A stretch of 59,929 bases of DNA from Gammaproteobacteria bacterium. Lineage in GTDB: Bacteria > Pseudomonadota > Gammaproteobacteria > QZLD01. Position 1 is the stretch's first letter. Every line of letters begins with the position of its first letter. The translations under genes and the position numbers were made by a program. Positions 33,288 through 44,540 of the stretch are shown here, one piece after another. The stretch covers positions 1 through 59,929 of the forward strand of contig QZLE01000201.1 in the NCBI GenBank assembly GCA_004796365.1, given 5' to 3'. Under the pieces are notes generated by a model. That model did not search any database. It had not been told where the DNA came from and saw nothing but the letters and a program-made list of their open reading frames with translations.

Positions 33288-33956
33288 ATGATCAATTTCA
33301 CAGAACTAACAGATTGGCATAACAAACTTAGCGAAGAGCTCACCAAGCCATACTTTGTTAATTTAAAAAAAAGCCTCGCAAAAGAATACAACGGTTACAC
33401 AATTTACCCGGAAAAACACAATCTGTTTAACGCATTTAGAGCTACCCCTTTTGAAAATACCAAAGTGGTCATACTCGGACAGGACCCATATCATCAGCCG
33501 GGACAGGCTCATGGACTAGCATTTTCCGTAAATGATGGAATAAAATTCCCTAAGTCGCTGCAAAATATCTTTAAAGAGTTGAATGAAGATTTGCAGATTG
33601 AAATTCCATTCTCCGGCAATCTGAGCAAATGGGCTAAGCAAGGGGTTTTATTGTTTAATACCGGTTTATCCGTGAGAAAAGACCACGCAAACTCTCATAA
33701 AGAAATCGGCTGGCAACCACTTACTGATGCAATAATTAAGCTTTTAGGTCAGCGCCCGGAACCAATTGTATTCATACTTTGGGGCAAACACGCTCAGGAA
33801 AAGGCCAAATTCATAGATAATCACCATCAGATTATTAAATCCGCACACCCTTCTCCCCTTTCCGCTTACCGCGGTTTCTTTGGAAGCAAACCGTTTTCAA
33901 AAGCCAATAGATTCTTAAAATCTTTTGGCAATAGCGAAATTAACTGGCAACTGTAA
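33288..33956 (+). CDS. ung: Uracil-DNA glycosylase, family 1
   Basis: GQDPY, HGLAFS, WAKQGVLL, LWG, HPSPLS motifs. Confidence 0.97.
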   Translation: MINFTELTDWHNKLSEELTKPYFVNLKKSLAKEYNGYTIYPEKHNLFNAFRATPFENTKVVILGQDPYHQPGQAHGLAFSVNDGIKFPKSLQNIFKELNEDLQIEIPFSGNLSKWAKQGVLLFNTGLSVRKDHANSHKEIGWQPLTDAIIKLLGQRPEPIVFILWGKHAQEKAKFIDNHHQIIKSAHPSPLSAYRGFFGSKPFSKANRFLKSFGNSEINWQL

Positions 33957-33980
33957 AGCCAAACATATCACAAAACTGTA

Positions 33981-34009
33981 TTGACACAGTTCACATTTTT
34001 CTGCAAAAT
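33981..34009 (+). promoter_or_regulatory. Sigma70 promoter candidate for the esterase-like gene
   Basis: TTGACA-N17-CAAAAT with TG immediately before the -10; overlaps a CRP/FNR-like site ATTGA-N6-TCACA. Confidence 0.45.
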
Positions 34010-34072
34010 ATCTTTATTAGAAATCAATAATATAAATTTAATTAGTACTAATATTTTGCCCCGGACACGATA

Positions 34073-37171
<3,099 letters not shown>

Positions 37172-37318
37172 AAACATGGTAATTGATCATTGTTAACCTG
37201 CTGTAAACAAATATGTATGAATAATTAGCAAATGTACGATATAAGTATATTGCCATATACAACATAATATCGAACATCCAAATTCATTTACTTTTTATTT
37301 ACTATCGTGGTGGGTATT

Positions 37319-40300
37319 ATGAAAAATAACTTATTATCTTTTTTTAATGGACAAACGACCAAGGCAGTAGCTCTATCAACTGCCCTTTTGATTTCCGGTG
37401 GAGCATTTGCTGCCGATAACCTTATTCCTAGAATCCCAGTTAACCCTGCAAAATACCAAGTACTAGACGGTGTGGAATATACGTCCATTACCGTAAAGTT
37501 TAAAGAACTAACTGGTATTAGATTAGGCAGTTCTGGCCTTTTCAGTAAAATCAGCAATCCTGAAATGCCAGCCAGTCTAAATTTGGACTGGACTGGATTC
37601 GATTCAGAACTTATTAATTTACAGAGTTTAGTTGCTTCTCAAGGTCTAAATCTGACTAAATCATCTCCTTTCTCGGATGAAAAACTTGCCGAGCTAAAGA
37701 AGAAAGCTGAAGAGAGATCTGGCAAAGAACTTGCTGACATGGGGCTATACTTTAAACTGCCTATACCTAAAGGTTTCAGCACAGAACAAATTAAAGCATT
37801 AGTAGACTCCCTGAATAGTTTTACAACTGTTGAGGCAGCATTTGCTAAACCGCCAGCAGTACCTGCTGCAATCACTCCAGACTTCCAGGATTACAATCCT
37901 GCCAACACCTACTATCAAGGTTACCTGGATGCTCCAACACCAGGGGATAACGATGCATATGACGGTATTAACGCCAAATATGCCTGGAATTTCAGCGGTG
38001 GCCGTGGTGAAGGTGTTAACATTATCGACGTTGAGGGTGGTTGGACAACTTCCCATGAAGACTTTCCCGTTTTAGCATTCAGTTATGACACATCAGAAAA
38101 CAGTTCTGGATGGATCGATCATGGAACTGCTGTGGTTGGTGTTATTGCTGCTCAAGACAACGGATTTGGTGTTACAGGTATTGCTAATCAAGCAAATATT
38201 GGGCTTTCCAACATTTACGGTGATAGCTATGTAGATGGAAACGGTGACACTAGAACTGGTACAGATGCAGCAATTCTGCGAGCAGCTGATATGGCAGGTG
38301 AAGGCGGCGTAATTCTAATTGAGGTTCACAGAAAAGGCCCAACACTTCAAGAAACTTGTGCATGTAATAATGGGCAATGTAACTACATCGCTGTTGAATA
38401 CTGGAGTGATGACTACGAAGCAATAGAAATTGCAACTGCACTAGGTGTAACTGTCGTAGAAGCTGCGGGTAACGGAAGCGCCAATTTTGATGATCCAATT
38501 TATGGCGGCGCATTTGACCGCAACCAAAAAGACTCTGGGGCAATTATTGTTGGCGCTAGCCGTTCTAAAAACAGTGACCCAATGTGCTGGACTAACTATG
38601 GTTCACGTATTGATGTTCGCGGCTGGGGTGAAATGGTTGCCACCCTGGGTTACGGAGAGATGTATAAAAATTCAGCTGACTCAAGTAATCAAGATTACTG
38701 GTACACTGGCACCTTCAGTGGTACATCTTCAGCTGCTCCAATCGTAACTGGTGCTGCAGCAGTTCTTCAAGGTATTTCGGAAAATGTTTATGGCACAACT
38801 CTTTCTCCAATGCAAATCAGAGATATTCTAAGCACCAACGGAACAGAACAAGATATCGACCTTGAAAAAAATATTGGTTTGCTTCCCGATCTAATGAAGG
38901 CTATAGCCACAATTAATTCATCTCATGGATTCGTGTGCAATGACTTTACATCAACAGTTGCTGATCATGAAACCGCTGGCCGCGCATATAGCGAAACTGT
39001 AACTGAAGGAGAAACTTGTTGGGGTACATTCTGCTACGGTGGAACACAGGTAACTACTTGGTATACTGCAGGTTCGAATATTGAACTAGGAACTGATAAC
39101 TCTATCACTAATACTCTACATGAAGGTGTTCAAGGCGAATTTGCAATCGGTAATTGCCCATCTATTGGGAATATAGAACCAACAAATTCAGCACCAGTTC
39201 TTATTCTTAACGGCAACGACCCAATGACAATTTATGTTGGTGAAACTTTTGTCGATCCTGGTGCAACTGCTTCAGATTCAGAAGATGGTGATCTTACTTC
39301 AGAGATTGTTACAACAGGCTATGTTGATTCAAACACCATTGATACATACACACTAACTTATACCGCTACAGACTCTGGTGGCTTATCAGATACCAAAACC
39401 AGAACTGTAAATGTTATTGCAATTCCTACATGTCAGGAGTTTACTGATACTGTTTCCAACCACGAAACTGCTGGCCGTGCATACTCAGTAACAGAAACAA
39501 CCGGTCAAACATGTTGGGGTACATTCTGCTACGGTGGAACAACCACTACAACATGGTACGCGGAAGGTTCTGACGAAAATCTTGGCACTAACGGTAACGC
39601 AACTGTTACTCTTAGAACCAACGAAGGTGGATACATCACCGGTAACTGCCCTTCTGACCCAGTTGCACCTGTATTAGTATCTTACCAGGTAGCTTCAAAT
39701 ACCAATGTACAGGCAGTTATCACTGGTACTGCATCTGATGCAGATGGCGACATCGATCGCGTAGTGCTTGGCCTTGGAGCAGTTACTGGCATCGTATGTG
39801 AAGGCACAACAAGCTTTACCTGTACCCTTGACTGGGATGCAAACGGCTTTGACACTGGAGCAGAAATATCTCTATCAGTTTCTGCATGGGACTCAAGAAA
39901 CGAAGTTTCAAATATTGAGCACTTCACACTTACACGCCCAGAACAGCAGCCTGGATCAGCTCCGGTAATCTCGAACCTCGATTATACTGTTGATGGGCAG
40001 AACATGGTTGTTACTGCTGATGTAACAGATATAGACGGAGATCTATATGCAATTAGATTAATGTATGCAGATCAACCAGGAGAATTACATTGTGACAATT
40101 CCGGTGGCTATCAATATACATGTAATCTAACTAACCATGACGTAGGAGCATTCAACTTTAAGGTTCACGCTATTGATAGCGAAGGTAACGCAGCAGAAAC
40201 AGCTCCATTTACAGTTGAGTTTGTCGAAAAGGTCGAAACAACCTGTTTCACCACCGTTAACAGCGACCACGTAAGTGCTGGCCGTGCAGAACTAAAATAC

Positions 40301-40414
40301 AACGTTCTTATCTATGCAATCGGTTCTGGCGATTATCTTGGTATGAGTAGTGATACTACATCACTGGAAGAAACTTCTGCAGGTATATGGACCAAAGTAA
40401 CAAGCTGTGACTAA
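37319..40414 (+). CDS. Secreted S8 (subtilase) serine protease with propeptide, three PHB-depolymerase-SBD-like modules, one DUF5011-type and two other Ig-like domains
   Basis: Catalytic triad IIDVEGG (D at 38027), DHGTAV (H at 38120), GTSSAAP (S at 38726); AAGNG oxyanion hole; signal peptide ...AFA. The ORF track starts at GTG 37307; ATG 37319 is more likely. Confidence 0.88.
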   Translation: MKNNLLSFFNGQTTKAVALSTALLISGGAFAADNLIPRIPVNPAKYQVLDGVEYTSITVKFKELTGIRLGSSGLFSKISNPEMPASLNLDWTGFDSELINLQSLVASQGLNLTKSSPFSDEKLAELKKKAEERSGKELADMGLYFKLPIPKGFSTEQIKALVDSLNSFTTVEAAFAKPPAVPAAITPDFQDYNPANTYYQGYLDAPTPGDNDAYDGINAKYAWNFSGGRGEGVNIIDVEGGWTTSHEDFPVLAFSYDTSENSSGWIDHGTAVVGVIAAQDNGFGVTGIANQANIGLSNIYGDSYVDGNGDTRTGTDAAILRAADMAGEGGVILIEVHRKGPTLQETCACNNGQCNYIAVEYWSDDYEAIEIATALGVTVVEAAGNGSANFDDPIYGGAFDRNQKDSGAIIVGASRSKNSDPMCWTNYGSRIDVRGWGEMVATLGYGEMYKNSADSSNQDYWYTGTFSGTSSAAPIVTGAAAVLQGISENVYGTTLSPMQIRDILSTNGTEQDIDLEKNIGLLPDLMKAIATINSSHGFVCNDFTSTVADHETAGRAYSETVTEGETCWGTFCYGGTQVTTWYTAGSNIELGTDNSITNTLHEGVQGEFAIGNCPSIGNIEPTNSAPVLILNGNDPMTIYVGETFVDPGATASDSEDGDLTSEIVTTGYVDSNTIDTYTLTYTATDSGGLSDTKTRTVNVIAIPTCQEFTDTVSNHETAGRAYSVTETTGQTCWGTFCYGGTTTTTWYAEGSDENLGTNGNATVTLRTNEGGYITGNCPSDPVAPVLVSYQVASNTNVQAVITGTASDADGDIDRVVLGLGAVTGIVCEGTTSFTCTLDWDANGFDTGAEISLSVSAWDSRNEVSNIEHFTLTRPEQQPGSAPVISNLDYTVDGQNMVVTADVTDIDGDLYAIRLMYADQPGELHCDNSGGYQYTCNLTNHDVGAFNFKVHAIDSEGNAAETAPFTVEFVEKVETTCFTTVNSDHVSAGRAELKYNVLIYAIGSGDYLGMSSDTTSLEETSAGIWTKVTSCD

Positions 40415-40481
40415 ATTAGTATTGAATAAATAATATTGGGTTACGCCCCTCTAACCCAGCTTACAATACTTTTAAACAAAC

Positions 40482-40529
40482 AAGCCCTCTCAGACTTTCT
40501 TTATAAGAAAGCCCTGAAAGGGCTTTTTT
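40482..40529 (+). terminator. Terminator after the S8 protease gene
   Basis: Extended hairpin AAGCCCTCTCAGACTTTCT/AGAAAGCCCTGAAAGGGCTT plus T tract. Confidence 0.8.
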
Positions 40530-40628
40530 ATTTGCGTTACCTAAAACCGAACTAACAAACATTATAAATAACTAAAAGCACATCCAAGATGATGAATTAT
40601 CAGGAAAACATTACTGACTCTGTAATAA

Positions 40629-40650
40629 TATTGTGATATAGTTCACATAA
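40629..40650. promoter_or_regulatory. CRP-type binding site upstream of the metalloprotease gene
   Basis: TGTGA-tatagt-TCACA (40632-40647) is an exact match to the core consensus, about 150 bp before the ATG. Confidence 0.7.
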
Positions 40651-40799
40651 ATTATGCAACATAATTTAAGTTCGCTATTTATCACTGAAATAAGCCTGAA
40701 AGATTTAATGGACATTAAAATATCCGGCTTGGTTTAAAAAACGGTTTGCTGACATCTACTGCTGTCGCCAACCCTTAAATATTACAGGACATCAAGATC

Positions 40800-43700
40800 A
40801 TGAGAAGATCATCTTTTGCTAAGAAATTTAGCCTTGCTGCTTCGTTTGTATTATCCACTTTTAATTATTCACATTCCTTTGCGTACGAACTGCCGGAAAA
40901 CACTCTGAAATGGGAAGTTATTCCAAGTGCAATCCGTGCTGATGGCAACGACTCATTTGTTATTGAAGTCTATTCTCCCCAAACAGTAAGCACCATACAG
41001 CTTAATAAAATGCCAACAGACATTAATGACGGCGATTATGTTAAGCCAAAGAGTGGCTACTTTTTCACCAGCATCGCACTAAAAGATGATGGTACAGGAG
41101 CTGACCGCATTGCCGGCGATAGTATCTATACCGCAGGCCCTTTTGTTTATGACACCAGTAAAGCATTCCCGGTAGATGGCTTTGAGGGTGTTGAAGGAAT
41201 ATTCAATGACGCAATAGGTGATCTTCAGGTTACCTTTACCGATAACCAATACACCTACTCTTCAAACGGAATCTTCGTTCGTGTTGGTCTGGTTAGAGAT
41301 GATATTGAAAACGTTGAAACTACTGAACTAAGCGATAATATTCAAGCATCTCCATATGTTATAAATATGGTAGATGACAACTATGCATCTGAGCGTAGAA
41401 TGCGCAAAATGTATGAATACTCTTCCCACCAAGCAGGCCTGGATCAAACCTCTGAACTCTATTCAGTTTTAGAAGATGACTTTGACCAAATCCTTATTTT
41501 CTCAACCACAACGCTAAATGATATTTCTCAAAGTCCAAAGACCTCAATCAAAGGTATGCACTACAATGTCAGAAATGATATCGAAGGGATAGGGTTAAAT
41601 ATTTATGACAGCACTGCTTCATACGGTTCTAACGGAATCCTACAGGGAATTAGTTATTTCTCACACGGGCGCCTTGACTCAGATCTAGTAATCCATGAAA
41701 TTACTCATCAGTGGGAAGCCTTTCTTGATTCTCCAATTGAAGGAGTTGAAATAACAGACGGTGGAGGACACTGGAACTCATTTGTAAACTGGCATTCATA
41801 CTATGATTGGGTCGAAAATGTTGATGGAACTTTTACAAAAAAATGCCGTTACTCTGAAGGTTGGCGCAACCCTTTGGACAAGAAATTCCTTAAATATGTC
41901 ATGGGGTATTCATATTACACGGACATAACAGAAGATCTTCGTGTCGTTGATAGGAATGACAGTGCAGGCGACTTTATGTGTGATAAAACTATCACTAAAA
42001 CCATCCATAATTTCACCATGGAAGATATTATCGCTGTAAACGGAATCAGAACTCCTGGTCCAGAAAATGCGCAGCGCGATTTCAAAGCTGCGGTTGTTTT
42101 CTCAACAGCAAACCGTAAATTTAACGCTACTGAAATGACTTTCGCATCAATCTACGCTCAAAACATTGGCACAATAGTTGGCGATGCACTATTCGGCAGC
42201 ACATGGACAACTGCTCTACCGGCATTCCCAGATACAACTCCACCTGTTATCACTCTAAATGGTGCACAAGAGATCAATGTAATCCTTGATTCAGAGTTTG
42301 TAGATCCTGGCGCTGTAGCAATTGATAATGTAGATGGAAACATCTCTGGGCAAATTATTACCGTAGGTGACGTAGATACCACAACAACTGGCGAATACAC
42401 AATTACCTATAATGTTAGCGATTCAAGTGGTAATGCTGCCGAAGAAGTTACAAGAACAGTAATAGTTAGCGAAGAACCTTTATGCGATGAATTTACAGCA
42501 ACGAACTTAGAGCACGAAAATGCTGGCCGCGCATACAGCGAAACCAAAACCGAAGGCCAAACCTGTTGGGGTACTTTCTGTTACGGAGGTACTGAAGTAA
42601 CAACATGGTACGCAAGTGGTTCAGACGAGAACCTAGGTACCAACGGCTCTGCTTCTGTAACTCTTCATGAAGAAACTCAAGGAGTTTGGAAGACTGGTGT
42701 TTGCCCTGGTCCAGACGTAACTGCCCCAGTTATTACAATAGCTGGTGACAACCCAATGACTGTTTTTCAGAGTTCAAACTTCACAGATCCTGGCGCTACT
42801 GCAGAAGACAACATTGATGGCGACGTAACTGCAGATATCGTAGTAACTGGCTATGTTGACACTAACACTATCGGTTCATATGAACTGGTTTATACAGTAT
42901 CCGATGCTGCAGGTAATGAAGCTTCTGAAATTAGAACTGTAAACGTTGTTGCAATACCCGCATGTCAGGAATTCACTAGTACTTTATCCAGCCACGAATC
43001 TGCTGGACGCGCATACTCTATAACTGAAACAACAGGTCAAACTTGTTGGGGAACATTCTGCTACGGCGGTACAACTACCACAACATGGTACGCGGAAGGG
43101 TCTGATGAAAACCTTGGCACAAACGGTAGCGCTACTGTTACTCTTAGAACCAGCGCAAACGGTTACATTACCGGAAATTGCCCAACCGATCCACAACCTC
43201 CGGTAATTGAGTCTTATGAGGTTGCAGAGCACACTTATCTTAGAGTAGTTGTAACCGGTACTGCTTCAGACCCGGATGGCGATATCGACCGTGTAGTACT
43301 TGGCCTGGGAGCTGCAACTGGCATCTACTGTGAAGGCACAACAAGCTTTACCTGTACTCTTGATTGGGATGCATACGGCTTTGAAGTCGGCGCAGAAGTA
43401 TCTCTGTCGGTTTCAGCTTGGGACTCTCGCGAAGCAGTATCAAATATTGAGACCTTCCTTCTTACCAGACCAGAGAAACAGGATTCTGTTCCTCCAGTAA
43501 TCAGCAATATTCAGCAAACCAGAGAAGGTACAGTGGAAATTGTTACTGTTGATATCACGGATGTGGACGGCGACCTTGCCGGAGCCTTCCTTTACAGAAT
43601 CGATGATATCGGGCGTGTTGATTGTTACAACACAAGCGGTTCTCAGTATAGATGTGAGATGCAGCTTCAGGGCGCAAGCTATGCCACAATGACCTGGAAA

Positions 43701-43946
43701 GTCAGAGCATACGATCACGCTGAAAACGTAACTGATTCTTCTGAGTTCACAGTAGTATGGGAAGAACAAGCTTCATGCTTCACTGCTGCGAACAGCGACC
43801 ACATTAATGCTGGACGTGCAGAGCTGAGATATAACATTCTGGCTTATGCTATCGGTTCTGGCGACTATCTTGGAATGAGCGGGGATACTACATCACTGGA
43901 AGAAACATCTGACGATGTTTGGACCAAGGTTACAAGCTGTAACTAA
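40800..43946 (+). CDS. Secreted HExxH metallopeptidase-like protein with choice-of-anchor-X-like motif, two DUF5011-type Ig domains, three PHB-SBD-like modules and two further Ig-like domains
   Basis: Signal peptide; LKDDGTGADRIAGDSIYT; VIHEITHQW (41694-41708) followed by GGGHW; C-terminal half homologous to that of the S8 protease. Confidence 0.8.
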   Translation: MRRSSFAKKFSLAASFVLSTFNYSHSFAYELPENTLKWEVIPSAIRADGNDSFVIEVYSPQTVSTIQLNKMPTDINDGDYVKPKSGYFFTSIALKDDGTGADRIAGDSIYTAGPFVYDTSKAFPVDGFEGVEGIFNDAIGDLQVTFTDNQYTYSSNGIFVRVGLVRDDIENVETTELSDNIQASPYVINMVDDNYASERRMRKMYEYSSHQAGLDQTSELYSVLEDDFDQILIFSTTTLNDISQSPKTSIKGMHYNVRNDIEGIGLNIYDSTASYGSNGILQGISYFSHGRLDSDLVIHEITHQWEAFLDSPIEGVEITDGGGHWNSFVNWHSYYDWVENVDGTFTKKCRYSEGWRNPLDKKFLKYVMGYSYYTDITEDLRVVDRNDSAGDFMCDKTITKTIHNFTMEDIIAVNGIRTPGPENAQRDFKAAVVFSTANRKFNATEMTFASIYAQNIGTIVGDALFGSTWTTALPAFPDTTPPVITLNGAQEINVILDSEFVDPGAVAIDNVDGNISGQIITVGDVDTTTTGEYTITYNVSDSSGNAAEEVTRTVIVSEEPLCDEFTATNLEHENAGRAYSETKTEGQTCWGTFCYGGTEVTTWYASGSDENLGTNGSASVTLHEETQGVWKTGVCPGPDVTAPVITIAGDNPMTVFQSSNFTDPGATAEDNIDGDVTADIVVTGYVDTNTIGSYELVYTVSDAAGNEASEIRTVNVVAIPACQEFTSTLSSHESAGRAYSITETTGQTCWGTFCYGGTTTTTWYAEGSDENLGTNGSATVTLRTSANGYITGNCPTDPQPPVIESYEVAEHTYLRVVVTGTASDPDGDIDRVVLGLGAATGIYCEGTTSFTCTLDWDAYGFEVGAEVSLSVSAWDSREAVSNIETFLLTRPEKQDSVPPVISNIQQTREGTVEIVTVDITDVDGDLAGAFLYRIDDIGRVDCYNTSGSQYRCEMQLQGASYATMTWKVRAYDHAENVTDSSEFTVVWEEQASCFTAANSDHINAGRAELRYNILAYAIGSGDYLGMSGDTTSLEETSDDVWTKVTSCN

Positions 43947-44002
43947 TAAGTATTGATTGAATAATGTTGGGTAGCTTTTGCTTCCCAACCTTCAATACCA
44001 AC

Positions 44003-44037
44003 AAGCCCTCTCAAATCATTTGCGAGGGCTTTTGTTT
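44003..44037 (+). terminator. Terminator after the metalloprotease gene
   Basis: AAGCCCTC...GAGGGCTT followed by TTGTTT. Confidence 0.8.
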
Positions 44038-44097
44038 ATCTGGCATTTTCACCTGTATGTTCTATATTTTTTTTATAAGCATTTACTGGAGTTTTGG

Positions 44098-44475
44098 ATG
44101 ACAACTTACACTGATGACCTGGAACAATATGTTGTAAAGCTACACCACGAATTTGAAGATAGTGGAAAATGTGTAGTTGAAATCAGACCTCGTGCTGGCA
44201 CATGGCCAACTTTTTTCTGTGCTATGCCAATGGATGAAAAAAAGGCAACAGAACCTCATATGACTAGAGGCCCCAAGGATATCCCTATCGATAAAGCCTA
44301 TATGATTAATAACAAGAATTATGAAGAGAATGGAAAATGGGTTATGAGTGCTGAAAACAAGGCTTCACCAGCATATAGCTATTTTCTTTGGTGCAAAGAA
44401 TTTCCTACCCACCTGCAATTTGGTGAAATCGGTAATCCTGAAAAAACATTCAGCTGGGTGAATGATCTGGATTAA
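44098..44475 (+). CDS. Hypothetical protein, 125 aa
   Basis: ATG 44098 preceded by GGAG. The longer TTG start at 43978 overlaps the upstream terminator. Confidence 0.65.
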   Translation: MTTYTDDLEQYVVKLHHEFEDSGKCVVEIRPRAGTWPTFFCAMPMDEKKATEPHMTRGPKDIPIDKAYMINNKNYEENGKWVMSAENKASPAYSYFLWCKEFPTHLQFGEIGNPEKTFSWVNDLD

Positions 44476-44487
44476 ATCTCAAACAGC

Positions 44488-44507
44488 ATTCCCGCCTACG
44501 CGGGAAT
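44488..44507. repeat. ATTCCC-N8-GGGAAT palindrome (dRS3/REP-like)
   Basis: ATTCCCGCCTACGCGGGAAT between convergent stop codons. Confidence 0.6.
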
Positions 44508-44540
44508 TGCATTCTTATTGCCTACAGCATTAACTCAAAG

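Noticed and set aside
43978-44097. N-terminal extension of the 165-aa ORF
   Set aside because: Overlaps the hairpin and terminator of the upstream gene; ATG 44098 has an RBS.
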